Part shown: in pieces, positions 24,447 to 38,925 of the stretch
Numbering within the stretch: the stretch's first letter is position 1
Layout: each line of letters starts with the position of its first letter
Source of the DNA: Squalus acanthias
Lineage: Eukaryota
DNA: 64,000 nucleotides
Direction: 5' to 3'
Assembly: GCA_030390025.1 (NCBI GenBank)
Contig: CM059432.1
Span: forward strand, 144,710,001-144,774,000
Position numbers and translations under genes: made by a program
The notes under the pieces: generated by a model
The model's input: only the letters and a program-made list of their open reading frames with translations
What the model was told of the DNA's origin: nothing
Database searches by the model: none

Positions 24447-25904
24447 TGCAATTTTAACATCTGCGCTCAGGAGATGCTACCTAATCAACTGTGTGGAGGG
24501 TTCATCTGTCCCTGGAACCACTGCATGACTATGGCAGGGAGTGTTAGCAGGTATTGATCAACACTTGCCTCGGTGGGCAGCAGTTCCTCAGCATCAGCTG
24601 AAGTCCCTCCGACAGCTACTGGTCCCGCTAATGGCGAGGATAAACTGGCAGCCAGAAAGAAGGGGAGGGGAGGGGTGCGGAAGACGGCTCCCAGCTGAGC
24701 AACATGGACTGCTATGCAGTTCCCTGATATAGCACTCGCAGAAACAGACAAACTTATTTGAAGTAAATTCAACTTTTAAATACTTTACCGCAGAGCAGCT
24801 AAATTGCACAGAATACTTTGCCAGTGAAATGTTGCACCCTGAAAGAGAGATTTATTTGGTAGAACTGGCATCCCCAGGCATCAGGTTAGCAGTGATGGGC
24901 TTGTTAGTGCCAAGGAAGCAGGGAGGCAACTCAATTGATTGGCACTTTTATTCAGGAACGTTTGTCTTGCAATGTGAATTGCGGAAATGTGATTTTCCTC
25001 ATAGCTTATCGAGGGCATGTGTGGCTCATAAAAATCAAAACAATTCAGACTTGTTCAAGATCTTTAAGGTGACATCATCATGTCTCAGCAGAAGCCCAAC
25101 CTTAAAATAGCGAAGCCGATAACTCTGCCCGGCCTCTATTCTGCTTTTCAGTGACAGCTGCGGACTATAAAACTTTGATATTTGTCGTAAAATGTGGGAT
25201 CGAGTGGATGGGGGGGGGGGGGGGGGAAGAGAGAGAGACTGCTGCTGAGATGAAGAGCCAAAATCCTTTACAAGTATGTGATCAAAAACACCAGCCAGGC
25301 TCCATTTAGCAAAGTTACCCCTTTCTACTTGTCTAAACCTTTTGTTATTACCACTTGGGACAGGTCTTTTCCTGATTAGAACTTCAACTGTGTATTTACT
25401 GAGTTGTGGAATGTGATCCTAAATAATAAAAATCCTGAAACCTAATGTAATAAAAGAAGGATTTAAAGGCCTTAGTCACAGGCTTCTATTCGGGGAGGTT
25501 TTTCAGGCCGTCAGCTTTTCTGAGTTTGGTAGATTGGCATGTTTGCAAGTCCAACTTTTACATTTGTTTTTATACTGATGATATGGATGTGAAGTGTGTG
25601 TCAGATTTATTTTAGCAGGACTTGGTTGTTTTAACCAAGGGTAGGTATCAAGAAACTTGGAAGCCCATATCAATTATTTTGAGCTAAAATTGATGGAATT
25701 CAGAACTAGCTCACAAATCCCAATAATTAGTAGCCTTGCAAAACAGGCAAAACAATGCACAAGTTTAAGAGCAGATTCAGGATGATGTTACTGAAAACAT
25801 ATTCACTCTTTTCATCAAAATTTTTAAAAGTACAAAACAATTGGGTTTTTTTTAAATGAGAAAGTACCCCCCAAAAGTGTATCGAATTTTCACATGGAGC
25901 GGAG

Positions 25905-26400
25905 TACACAAGAACAGGAGGAGGCCATTTAGTCCTTCAAGCCTGTTCCACCATTCAATGAGATCATGGCTGATCTGAATCCTAATTCCATTTACCCGCA
26001 TTGGCTAACAAAAATTTATCGATCGCAGATTTAAAATGATTAATTGAGCTAGCATCGACTGCTTTTAACGGGAGAGATTTCCACACTTCTGCCACCCTTT
26101 GTGTTTCTAAACTTCTCTCCTCAATGACCTGGCTCTGATTTTAAGGTTATGTCCCCTTGTCCTAAACTCCCCCACCAGCGGAAAAAGTTTCTCTCTATCT
26201 ACCCTTTCAATTCCTTTCAAAATCCTAAAAACCTCAATCAAATTACCGCTTAACCTTCTATATTCCAGGGAACACAAGTCGAGTTTATGTAATCTCTCCT
26301 CATAATTTCATACTTGGAGCCGTGGTAACATTCTGGTGAATCTGCGTTGCACTCCTGCCAAGGCCAGTATATCCTTTTCAAGGTGCAGCGCCCAGCACAC
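25905..26400 (-). mobile_element. CR1 LINE 3' fragment
   Basis: aggaggaggccatttagtccttcaagcctgttccaccattcaatgagatcatggctgatc tail, with ORF2 C-terminal remnants. Confidence 0.75.
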
Positions 26401-26524
26401 ACGGTCCCTGGAGCTGTTACTTTGGGTTTTCAATTGTTAATTTACTGTATTTTACAAAATATATTAAAAAAGAGGCTCTTATGAACATTTACTTTGATTA
26501 AATGGCTCTGTATCTGGACTTAGT

Positions 26525-27660
26525 AAGAACATAAGAAATAGGAGCAGGAGTAGGCCATTTGGCCCTTCGAGCCTGCTCCGCCATTCAATAAGATCATGGC
26601 TGATCTTCTACCTCATCTCCACTTTCCTGCACTATCCCCATATCCCTTGATTCCCTTAATATTCAAAAATCTATCGATCTCTGTCTTGAATATACTCTAC
26701 GACTGAGCCTCCAAAGCCCTCTGGGGTAGAGAATTCCAAACATTCACCACCCTCTGAGTGAAGAAATTTCTCCTCATCTCAGTCCTAAATGGACAACCCC
26801 TTATTCTGAGACTGTGACCCCCTGGTTCTGGACTCCCCAGCCAAGGGAAACATCCTCCCTGCATCTAACCTACAAGAATTTTGTATGTTTCAATGAGATC
26901 ACCTCTCATTCTTCTAAACTCGAGAATATAGGCCCAGTCTACTCAATCTCTCCTCATAGGACAATCACCCCATCCCAGGAACCAGTCTGGTGAACCTTTG
27001 TTGCACTCCCTCTGTGGCAAGTATATCCTTCCTTGGGTAAGGAAACCAAAACTACACACTCCAGGTGTGGTCTCACCAGGGCCCTATATAATTGCAGTAA
27101 GACGTCTTTACTCTTGTATTCAAATCCTCTTGTAATAAAGGCCAACATACCATTTGCTTTCCTAATTGCTTGCTGTACCTGCATGTTAACTTTCAGTGAT
27201 TCGTGTACAAGGACACCCAGGTCCCTCTGAACACCAACATTTCCCAATCTCTCCCATTTAAAAAATATTCTGCTTTTCTATTTTTCCTACCAAAGTGGAT
27301 AACTTCACATTTCTCCACATTATATTCCATTTGCCATGTTCTTGCCCACTCACTTAGCCTGCCTATATCCCCTTGAAGCCTCCTTGCATCCTCCTCACAA
27401 TTTACATTGCCACCCAGCTTTGTATCATCAGCAAACTTGGATATATTACATTTGGTCCCCTCATCCAAATCATTGATGTAGATTATGAATAGCTAAGGCC
27501 CAAGCACTGATCCTTGCATTACCCCACTAGTTACAGCCTGCCAACCCGAAAATGACCCGTTTATTCCTACTCTTTGTTTTCTGTCTGTTAACCAATCCTC
27601 AATCCATGCTAGTATATTACCCCCAATCCCATGAGCCCTAATTTTGTTTAATAACCTCTT
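26525..27660 (-). mobile_element. CR1 LINE 3' 1.1 kb including the RT FADD motif
   Basis: ISKFADDTKLGG...WQMEYNVEKCEVIHFG...QRDLGVLVH...LYRALVRPHLE. Confidence 0.92.
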
Positions 27661-27704
27661 GAAATGGAAATGGTGAATCCCCCTTTTCTTCAGGTACTTT
27701 GTTA

Positions 27705-27985
27705 CATCGGATATACGGCACAGAAACAGGCCATTCGTTTATGCTCCACATGAGCCTCCTCCCGTCTTTCCTCATCTAAATCTATCAGCATAACCTGCTA
27801 TTCCCTTCTCCCTCATATGCTTGCCTAGCCTCCCCTTAAATGCATCTATACTATTTGCTTCAACCACTCCCTGTGGTCGCAAGTTCCACATTCTCACCAC
27901 TCTTTGGGTAAAGAAGTTTCTTCTGAATTCCCTATTGGATTTCTTGTTGACTATCTTATAGTGATGGCCTCTAGTTATGCTCTTT
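27705..27985 (-). mobile_element. CR1-like LINE 3' fragment
   Basis: Homologous to 11335-12297. Confidence 0.75.
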
Positions 27986-28189
27986 TAGTTTTAGTCTTTC
28001 TTCATCCTCCTTGTGCCATCATTTGAGGCAAGAAAGGAGCGGGCAAACTACTCCTCCATTTCAGTCAACTAGACTCTGAACATGACTGCTAGGATCCCTC
28101 TACATGTATTTGTAACCAGGCATATCCTAATTTGTACATTCATCTTCTGGGGCAGCAAATCAGCAAGCTCACAAATCAACAATGAAAAA

Positions 28190-28612
28190 AGTAGCATTTA
28201 TAAAGTGCCTTTATGTCCTTGGGATGTCCCAAATTGCTTTACAACCAATGAATTACTTCTGAAGTGTAGTCGCTGTTATGTGGACAAATATGGCAGCCAA
28301 TTTGGCCATAGCAAGGTCACGCAAAGAGCAAATGCACCAAATGACCAGTTCACCTTTCTTGGTTTTGTTTGAGGGGTGAACGTTGGCCAGGACATTGGGA
28401 GAACTCCCTTTTTGTGTACAAATAATGTCAAGGGACATTTTGCGTCCAACTGAACAGATGACAAGGCCTCGGTTTAATGTCTCGGCATAAAGACGACACC
28501 TCTGGCACTGCAGCACTCCCTCAGTACTGCACTGAAGTGTCACTCCAAATTATGTGCTCAAGTCCTAGAGTGTGACTTGAACCCCAACCTTCTGACTCAG
28601 GCGAGTAACTGA
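28190..28612 (-). mobile_element. Deu-domain SINE including a tRNA-like head
   Basis: Colinear with 895-1305. Head on the minus strand is ctgagtcagaaggttggggttcaagtcacac (B box). Confidence 0.8.
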
Positions 28613-29254
28613 GCATAAAAACTTAAGTGACTTTCTGGCCCATAGGATGTGACTGGGAAATCAATGCCAATCCACTCCTTGAAGTTCTTCTCATTGCCAG
28701 TCCCACTGCAACTTGTACCTGGTGCCATTGTTTTACTCCATGAGCAAACTCTGTACTGCAGGTTGCAATTGGTAATTTCAGCTCTTACGATAGATCAGAA
28801 ATTCCCACTGTAGCATATAGTCTGCTCTCAGAGTGAAACAAGAGTTACTGGGACCAGAGGTGAAATGATCAAAGATCTGAAGTGGGAGTGGGAATGGGAA
28901 TGGAAGAGTGCTTCTGTGAATTGTGGGGCAATCATTAAACTGGTGGATTAGAAAGTGTGAACTGAGTGGGGCGCGCAGACCTCTGTGAACTTGGGGGTAG
29001 GGGGTGTTAGTGTCTTTGTGATGGGGGAGTGACTGTTCAGGTAACTTCTGCAGAAGTGATGGGCTGGTTAGCTTGTTGAATATGGATAGCACAAATGTCA
29101 CTCTTTGCATAATATTTTGAGATTAAAAATCTATTAATTTTGAAATAAGAAGTGTTTAAATGAACCAGAGTGCACTATTTTGTAAAGTAAATAATAAAAT
29201 ATTCTGGGAGAACAATTCCAGACCTGTGTGCTGCAGTAAGCATGGTAAAGAGGG

Positions 29255-31465
29255 TCACTCGACCAGGAAACACCAAGACTGGTTCGACGAGAATGACCAG
29301 GAGATCCAGGAGCTAATAAGCCGCAAGCGCAAGGCATTCCTGATCTGGAAACAGCAACACAACTTGAGAGCAAGAAAGCAGCTCTACAGACACCTGAAGG
29401 CCGAGGTTCAACAAAAAACTCGCGACCTAAAGAACAGATGGTGGGTGGAGAAAGTACAGGAGATCCAGCAGCTAGCCGACAACCTCGTGGATTCTTCAGC
29501 GCAGTCAAGACCACCTACAGCCCAAGCACCCAAGGCCCTACCCCACTGCGGGCCAAGAACGGAGAGGTACTCATCAAGGACAGGGAGGCAGTCAGTGCCC
29601 GCTGGAAGGAGCACTTCGAAGATCTCCTTAACCGAGACTCTGTCTTCGGCGTGAGTGTCCTCAACTCCACCCCGCAGCATGCTACCCGTCACCACCTCAG
29701 CACAACCCCAGCCCAACAAAAGGTTGAAAAGGCCATCCGACAACTGAAGAACAACAAGGCCTCAGGAGCAGATGGAATCCCTGCCGAGGCACTAAAGCAT
29801 GGCGGAGAAGCACTACTGGCGCGAATTCATGAACTCATTTCTCTTTTCTGGAAGGAGGAGAGCATGCCAGGGGATCTCAGAGACGCTGGCATTGTGACCA
29901 TCTTCAAGAAAGGTGACAAGTCCAATTGCGGTAATTACAGAGGAGTTTCCCTGCTATCTGCCACAGGGAAAGTAATCGCAAGAATCCTCCTCAATCACCT
30001 TCTCCCAGTAGATGAAGAGCTCCTCCCAGAGTCGCAATGCGGATTCCGCCCCCTAAGGGGCACAATGGACATGATCTTCACCGCACGTCAATTATAAGAA
30101 AAATGCAGGGAACAGCACCAACCGTTGCACATGGCCTTCTTTGACACTGTCAACCGTGAATGATTATGGAGTGTCCTGCTCAAATTCGGCTGCCCTCAAA
30201 AGTTTGTCACTATCCTCCGCCTGCTTCACGACAACATGCAAGCATGAACCTGACCAACGGTTCCACCACAGACCCAATTCACGTACGGACCGGAGTCAAG
30301 CAAGGCTGTGTCATCGCACCAACGCTCTTCTCGATCTTCCTTGCTGCAATGCTCCATCTCACCCTCAGTAAGCTCCCCGTTGGAGTGGAGCTAATTTACA
30401 GAACAAACGGGAAACTGTTCAACCTCTGTCGCCTCCAGTCCAGATCCAAGGTCATCCCATCCTCTGTTGTCGAATTACAGTATGCAGACGACGCTTGCGT
30501 CTGCACTCACTCGGAGGTCGAACTCCAAACCATCGTCAACACCTTCACCAAAGCGTACGAGAGCATGGGCCTTACACTAAACATTCGTAAGACAAAGGTC
30601 CTCTACCAACCTGCCCCCGCCACACAGTACTGCCCCCCGATTATCAAAATCCACGACAAGGCCTTGGACAACGTGGACCACTTTCCATACCTCGGGAGCC
30701 TACTGTCAACAAGGGCAGACGTCGATGACGAAGTCCAGCACCACCTTCAGTGTGGCAGTGCAGCCTTCGGTCGCCTGAGGAAAAGAGTGTTTGAAGACCA
30801 GGACCTCAAACCCGGCACCAAGCTCATGGTCTACAGAGCAGTAGTGATACCTGCCCTCCAGTATGCCTCAGAGACATGGACCATTTACAGCAAGGCACCT
30901 CAAAGCACTGGAGAGGTACCACCAACGCTGCCTCCGCAAGATCCAGCAAATCCATTGTCAGGATAGGCACACCAATGTCAGTGTTCTTGCTCAGGCCAAC
31001 ATCCCCAGCATTGGAAGCTTTGACCACGCTCGATCAACTCCGATGGACGGGTCACATCGTCCGCATGCCCGATACGAGACTCCCAAAACAAGCGCTCTAC
31101 TCGGAGCTCCGACACGGCAGAGAGCCCCAGGTGGGCAGAGGAAACGCTTCAAGGACACCCTCAAAGCCTCCTTGAAAAAGTGCAACATCCCCACCGACAC
31201 CTGGGAATCCCTGGCCCAAGACTGCACAAAGTGGAGGAGAAGCATCCGGGAACACCTCGAGTCTCTTCGCCGGGAGCAAGCGGAAGCCAAGCGCAAAGAG
31301 CACACGTCAACCCAAGCACCCCACCCGCCCGCCCCTTTAACCTCCGTCTGCCCCACCTGTGACAGAGACTGTAGGTCCCACATTGGACTCATCAGTCACC
31401 TGAGAACTCATTTTTAATGTGGAAGCAAGTCATCCTTGGTTCCAAGGGACTGCCTAAGAGAAGAC
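29255..31465 (+). mobile_element. RTE-clade LINE, 5'-truncated, RT pseudogene, 11-bp TSD
   Basis: HQDWFDEND...WKEHFEDLLN...KASGADGIPAE...NYRGVSLLS...PESQCGFRP...GVKQGCVIAPTLF...QYADD...CPTCDRDCRSHIGLISHLRTH with several frameshifts and stops. Short AAG-type tail. TSD ggtaaagaggg at 29244-29254 and 31466-31476. Confidence 0.92.
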
Positions 31466-32854
31466 GGTAAAGAGGGGCAGCATTTGTTAGGATCCTATCT
31501 TTCCTGCTTTACAGCCCTGATTTGTAACACATTCCGCAATGGCTTGTATAAGATGTGAATCCAGAACACGTCATTTTTTCCCCCCAAAATGTCGTAAGTG
31601 CAGAAATTACAAATGGCCATCACCCCTGCCTCGCAGGCGGTGTGTAGTGGGCCCAGACTCCAAATCACAACAGGAACCATCATAATCAGTCAACCACATA
31701 GAACTTTTTGCCTGCTTAAAAAAAAGACTTTGTTAAATCAGATCTATACTGAGCACTGTTCAATCTGAAAATTGCTCAGTATGGCTGTTGGATCAATTAT
31801 CATTACCATGTAATTTGCTGTCCAGAGACACTGGATGCGACTGCAACATGCAGCATACTATTTCTAGTGAGTCTGATGTAATGGTGGTACTCAATGCAGA
31901 CAAAGCACATTATTCCCTTATAAAATAATCCTTTTAGTGACAAACAGGGAAACTAAAGGTATGGGAGACTTACTGGACTCGTCATCACTACTGTTAACTC
32001 CAGTTCAGTTGAATTTGATAATCCAGTCTGGAGCAATACCTTAAGAGGTGGTTGGGTGTGAGCGAGATTATTTTACTCTAAAGTACTCCGCCCAGAAAGA
32101 CATAAAACATTCAAATTAGCTCCTACCTGAGAGGAGACACTTCAGTCAGTGCAAAAGCATTCTCACGGACCCCTGTCCAATACGGAGCTTCCTGGTCCTG
32201 ACCCCAACTCAGTGGTATCCAGCAGGAGATTATCGCATCGTGTCATGTGAACTCATCATTCCCAGCCACAACACCTGTCAAATCTGCTCTCTCTCAGGCG
32301 ATTTGTACACAAGAAATAATACCTGTTCTCAGGAAGGGGTATTCAGAATGATTTTTCTCTCTATTACATTTTTTTGGAGTGATAATTTAAATTTAAAATG
32401 TTTTGCACAAAGAACAGTCCTCTTTCAATGTTTTATTTTTTGTTTTCTCAACTTTCTCTCATTGTTTGAAAGCAGGGACTTTTGTCGCAATCCATGGCAT
32501 CATATCCCACAATGGCTGACAATTCTCCCAAGTGGCTAGTTTTCTGTGTAAGCTTTGCAGTGATGACCAGAAGACTATTCTATCATGGGGAGAACTACCC
32601 TCTGCTCAGCTGAGATCCACAAATGCACATTTTTTCACAAAGGTTACTGGATAGACATCTGGAGGAACAACCATGACTGATTGTTATCCCCTTCTTAGCC
32701 AAGAGCCAGATGTAATTGCAGCTGCAGGGAAGACCACCTAAGTATGCATAGACCAAGGGGAATAAATGATCAAATGTTGCATTAAGAAAAAATGGAAGTT
32801 CCCAAGTTTATAATTTGTTAACTGCCCATTTGTTCAGATAATTTGAAATTACCA

Positions 32855-33430
32855 TCCAGAACACAGCTGTCTGCTCAATTGGAACTTCTGCCATGAGATG
32901 CAACCTCCAGCCCCTCAACACCGTGGCTGCAGTGCGCACTCTCTGCAGGATGCACTCACTAAGTTTATTTCGACAGAACTTCTACCATCAAGGAAGGACA
33001 AGAGCTGCAAGATCATAGGAATATCACCTCTAAATTCCCCTTCAAGTCACACACCTCCTGACTTGGATGAGTACTGCTGTTCCTTTGTCATTGCTGGAAT
33101 TCCCTACACAACACCATCATGGAAGTGCCATCAGCACAAGGGCTGCAGAAGTTCAAGGAGAAGACCCGAGAGTATTTTCCGAGGGCAATGAGTGATGGGC
33201 CATAAAAATTTGGCTTTGCCAACGCCACTCATGTCCCGACAAGAAATTTAAAAAAAATGCAGCAATTTGCACACAGCAAAATCCCAGAAATAGCAAATGA
33301 ATGAATGACAAGATCATTTGTTTTTGGTGGTGTTGGTTGGTGGAGGAATATTGACCAGGATACCAGGAGAGCTTCCTGCTCTTCTCCAAATAGTGCAATA
33401 GGATCTCTTGCATACCCCCAAGCACAGAGA
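32855..33430. mobile_element. Degenerate family C LINE 3' end (+) followed by a degenerate Deu-SINE fragment (-)
   Basis: Similar to the reverse complement of 34555-35090, and to 1015-1180. Confidence 0.55.
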
Positions 33431-34554
33431 TGATGCCTTTTGTAGAGTTAACAACTGTACGATCAGATTGCAAAAGGAATAAACAGGATTTGTACAAGTT
33501 ATGAGAAACAACTTTGTCAAGGGACCAAAAAGAGCAACTGCTGTAGGGACAGGAAGACGGGAGCTGACATTTTTCAATAAAGTTGTGATTATGAGCAGAG
33601 ATAGAGTTGGCTCAGGGTGCTCCAGACTGATCAAGATGCCACATTTTACGTGCAGAATTTATTTTTAAATGAGAGCAGCAGAAAGACAAGCATGATTGAA
33701 CCAGAAACACCACCAGATGGAACGGGAAGAGTGAGGACTTAAACCTTTGAAGCCAGCTTGAATTGGTTACTTCACTGACACAGATAGAAAGATCAAAAAG
33801 TAAAAGCAGCATTTGGATGAGGTCAAAGCAGCAAAGAATTCTCAAAGACTGGCCCACTGATTGACTGAAACACCAAACGAGATAGGACTGGTTTACAGGA
33901 TGCGTTTTCTTGAATGGTATCCTGCAAGAGACAGATACGAGACATTCCTTCCAAATGAGGAAGCTATCCCTCCAGCAGACTAACACCAGATACTTGACAG
34001 ACAAACTTCACAAGCCGGAGAATATGCTGAGGATACAGACTCATTTAAACAGCTCTATTTAGTGATAGGCAGACTACTTTTAAGAGACTTGCAGAAGATG
34101 ACGACAGACCCAAATGCCAGGAAAATTGAAATCCGGTGTACAGCAGTGAAGTCCTGCAGTGCACTCAAAGTTTGACATAGGAAGAAGGGAAGACTGAAGA
34201 CTGGCAATCCATGTAAATGGAAGAACAATGGCTACAGTCCTAAGCTCAGAAACACATCATACTACTTTGATGACCGGGAGCAACATTATTTTTCATGACA
34301 GAAAATAAATCCCACATGTTATTGCCGGATCTGAGAGCTGTTTAGTCAACTTTGTCAAGAAGTCACATGCCAAGAGAATGAGTCCAATTGGCGGCTGTAA
34401 AAAAAATGGTATTTTCATAAAACCCATCATAATTAGGGCAATAACCAACATAAGCAACTGCTTAATTAACAGAACGTTGGTGAAAAGCAGATACCCTAGA
34501 CACTTAGACCTGGGTACAGCAGCCTAATGGTTATGGTACTGGACCATAACCAGT

Positions 34555-35200
34555 TTTTTTTTTTAATTCATTCACGGTATGTGGGCGTCACTGGCAAGAC
34601 CAGAATTTATTGCCCATCCCTAATTACCCTGGAGTAGGTGATGGTGAGCAGCCTTCCTGAACCACTGCAGACTGTGTGGTGAAGGTATTGCCACAGTACT
34701 GTTAGGTAAGGAGTTCCAGGGTTTTGACCCAGCGACGATGAAGGAACGGCAATATATTTCCAAGTCAGGATCGTGTTTGACTTGGAGGGGAACTTACAGG
34801 TGGTGGTGTTCCCATGCGCCTGCTGCCCTTGTCCTTCTAGGTGGTAGAGGTCGCGGGTTTGGGAGGTGCTATCGAAGAATCCTTGGCAAGTTGCTGCAGT
34901 GTCTCTTGTAGATGGTACACACTGCAAACATGGTGTGCCAGTGGTGGAGGGAGTGAATGTTTAAGGTGGTGGACGGAGTGACAATCAAGCGGGCTGCTTT
35001 GTCTTGGATGGTGTCGAACTTCTTCAGTGTTGTTGGAGATGTACTCACCCAGGCAAGAAGAGAATATTCCATCATACTCTTGACTTGTGCCTAAATGCGA
35101 CTCCAACTCCACACTATATGGTTGACTCAATGCCCATCCTCAGGGGATGGGCAATAAATGCTGCCTTGCCAGCGTTGTGCACATCCCAAGAACAAAATGA
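34555..35200 (-). mobile_element. Family C LINE 3' end (-) with a short inverted tail copy (+, about 35140-35200)
   Basis: MEYSLLAWVSTSPTTLKKFDTIQDKAARLI...IHSLHHW. The tail gatgggcaataaat is present in both orientations. Confidence 0.75.
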
Positions 35201-37789
35201 AAAGAACTGGTTTTGAATCCAGTTGCAATGGCCCGAAAGGTACAAAAGGACATCAGAAAAAGTACAAGTTACTGATTTAATGGAAAGTATCGGATGCTGA
35301 ATCTCTTCCACCTTACACTGTAATGAGATTTAGCAGAAGAATAACAAGTTGTAATTGTGGTAATGACAGAATCCGAGGTGCACGCATGTAAGTAAGCTGT
35401 TGCCAATCTACAATTCACCAAGCTACTGGAGACTGAGGTTGAAGCGGACACTAGGTGACGCAGACATCGACAATGACGACATAATAATTGCGCTAATTTC
35501 AAGGTTGAACACACCACAATACTGGGACTAAGAACGATCAATGGCAAGGTGCGGATGGGGAATTATAATGTCAATGGATGCAGGCAGGTAAATGTGTTTT
35601 ACTAAGAGTTTGACAAGAGAGCATGTGCAATCAGACTAGAGGAAGATGAGTTGGTATGTCCTCTTGATTGGAAGGAATTAAAACTCAATCACTGTCTGAA
35701 CTGAATGAAAGAGTAGGAGATGCTGAACCTCAATAAGAAAGGAAAAATGCAGCCAATGATAAATCTTGAAAATTCTGGGGGGGTGGGGGGGGAGCTATAT
35801 CCTAGCACAATCAGAACAAATTTGAATCACAAAAGTGAACAAAAAAACCCCAATGAATTCTCAAAATAATTATTCCAGCCAACTGGCAGAGGCAGGTTAC
35901 ACATACTGAATGTCATCCTTGCAGATGGAGATAATATTAGGAAGGCAGTTACCATGTGAAGTGTTTTTTTTTAGAAAACTTTCACACGTGTATATAGAGG
36001 ACTCATGATTTGTTTTGTCCTCCACGGAGTAAAGTCTGCATTTGCTATAGCTTTCTGTTGAAAAGATATCACAAAAGCACTAAATTCTGACTGCTGTAAA
36101 GTTAATTGAAAAATAGCTTATGGTAACTGGTTTAAAACTTTACTGTGTGCTTATTAGACTTTTTGTTTCATAAAATATCGCAGAGATGTGGAATTTTATT
36201 ACCTGCAGAAAGAACGTTCCTTGACAGTACAGCACAAATCAAAATAATAGACTTAAATTGCAACTGGTAAATTATCATGTAAGATGCTGAATTGGTATAG
36301 CAAATAGTTCACCATTATCTTTATGTACAAAACAAAACACTGTGCAGCTCATCAAAATACATGATGAACGGTGATGGTCTAACATATAAACAGAGATGTG
36401 TTTCCCTTGGGAACACATGCTGAACTGACAGCAAGTAACACCAGCACTCACCAAACTTTGCTACTTTGAGTTTTGGCCCTAGTTAGAGAAATCGAGTCAA
36501 GTTTATGTTAAAGTTAATATTTTGCTGAGATTACAGGAAAGGTCACAGCCCCAAATTTTTCACCATATTAAGAATTTTCAAGTTCACAGTCTTAAGCATT
36601 TGGAGACATTGTCAAAAACCTCCACATTATAAAAAAAATACACTACTTTTAAAAAGGTGTTCATTTCAGCACATTTGAGATTGGTCACAAACTATCGATT
36701 GCGCTGCAGCAAGGGAGCTAAAAATAAAGGTTTTTTCACATCCTACCCTAACTGTGAAGTGTCACAAGTTACTGGAACTACTCCAAGAGACAAACTGAAC
36801 GTATCACACGAAGAAGAATATTTTCAGAACTCGTATATACAAAATTTCACAGAGTTAGAAGATGCCTATAGTTGCCACTATTCAGTGTTAACCTAAGATA
36901 TACTCTGTTTGCAGTTGTTTAGTAATGCATTACTTGTTTAAAAAAAAAGTTACACTTCAGTGTCCAAAATAAATAAACTTTTTTTTGTAAATATCTGGAT
37001 CACCAAATAACACAAGAAAATCTGGCACCAGACCCTCGCGATCATCACTTGTGGGTCAAGTCAAACTCATACACCGAGCATCCTACGCCACACACAAGCT
37101 TCACAGCCCCTCCCCCCCTCAGTGGATAAATGCTGCAAAGGATGTGACCGGAGTGCCACGTTTGTACGCACCTCGTGGTCCCGCTCCCGCTCCCGCGCAT
37201 TTTGTGAAGGGGTTAGGAATGCCACAAATATCCTCATCAGCACTGCCATCCCCTCAGATCTAGGGATGTGATGTGTAGACGAGCACAAGATACTGCATTC
37301 CCCCCCCCCCCCTCCCCTCCCACCACAACCATGTGGAGTAAGCACCTGTGGGGCATATCCCAGTCAGAGCACGTGATGTACACCGTCTGTCGAAAAATGG
37401 GGGCGTGCTGACCCCGCCCCTCCCTGGAGGTCAATACAAGTCTCCTCTCACAAACCCATAGACCCCTGTCGAGGGTCGGACAGATTGATGTCAATGAAAG
37501 GGCATCCCCATTGGTCTCCAGCATTACAGAAAGACACCGCTAAAAATGGTGCGATAACCCCCGCGCACTCCTGCAGGTTTACTCCTCTCAACCCATGTTC
37601 TCCCTGACCCTGAAGCATAGCAAACTACTGCACTAATGTGTCCTCCTGTAAGTGCTGTGTTGAGAATGTACATCACTACAATATCAGTGCAAGATCGATG
37701 TAAATAGAAACATATTTTTACCTGGACCAGTATTATTTAAATATTTGTCAGCTTTGTATTTCAGTTGTAAACTCTTAGAATCCATAACT

Positions 37790-38925
37790 TTGAGATAAAA
37801 TTAGTAAGCATTTGGAAACGCATGGATTAATCAAGGAGAGTGCTTGACAAATTGGAGATGTTTTTGAAGAAGTGACAAGTGACTGAATGGATAAAGGGAA
37901 CGCAGCAGACAAGTGTCTATGTGGATTTTGAGGAGATGTTGGCTCGTTAGATGGATTCAGGGTCTGGTACGAGGGAAAATGTAGCAGCACGGTAGAAAGT
38001 TGACTGATGGACAGGAAACGACGGATTAGGTAAATGGGTGTTTGGATTGGAAGTGGTGTTCCCTGGGGGTCAGTGCTGGGTCCAGTTCTGCCTCAGTATA
38101 TATAAATAGATGACTTGGACTTGGCTGTAAAGAGCACAAATCAAAATTTGCTGATGGCACAGAAGTAGGAGGTTTAGCAAATAATGAGTGGACTGTGAAA
38201 GACTTCAGGAAGACACAGACAGGTTAGTGGAATGGCAGATGCAATTTAATGGCAGAGACACCTAGGGGTTCAAATCATAATTTCACCAAGGTGCGACTAC
38301 AGGGAGATAAAGCCATAAAAAGACCAATAGAATTTGGGGTTTTCTAAACAGGGGCATACAATACAAGAGTAAAGAAATAATACATTTATACAGTGCTTAG
38401 GCCACAGTTAGAGACTGTGTGCAGTTTTCGGCACACCATTATAGAAAGGACATTAAATCCATAGCGTGCAGTGTAGATTCACCAGGATAATGCCAGGGAT
38501 GGGAATCTATAGTTATGAGGAGAGAATTGAGATACTGGGACTGGTTCCACTGGAGCAGAGAGGCTAAGAAGAGATTTTCAAAATTTAATCGAGGTTTTCA
38601 AAATATAGAAGAGTTTTGATCGATTTACTAGGGAAAGACAGTTCCCTCTGGTGGGGAGTCAGTAACGAGGGGGTCATCAGTTTAAAATAATCACTAAGAG
38701 TGTGAGAAGAGGGGATAGGAGAATCCTTTACACAGAGGGTTGTTGAAGTACAGAATGCGGTACCACAGAGAGTAGCTGAGGCAGAGGCCATTGCATCTTT
38801 TAAGGGAATAGTAGATAAACATTTGAACAGAGCTATGGGGAGAGCACAGAGCTGTGGGTTTAGATTGTGATTGCTTCATCAAAGAGCCGGGCTGAATGGC
38901 CTCCTTCAGTGCTGTAAACCTCAAT
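37790..38925 (+). mobile_element. Old degenerate CR1 LINE (RT region to 3' end)
   Basis: Remnants of SGVPQGSVLGP (gtggtgttccctgggggtcagtgctgggtcca), KFAD (aaatttgctgatg) and CR1 3' motifs. Confidence 0.7.
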
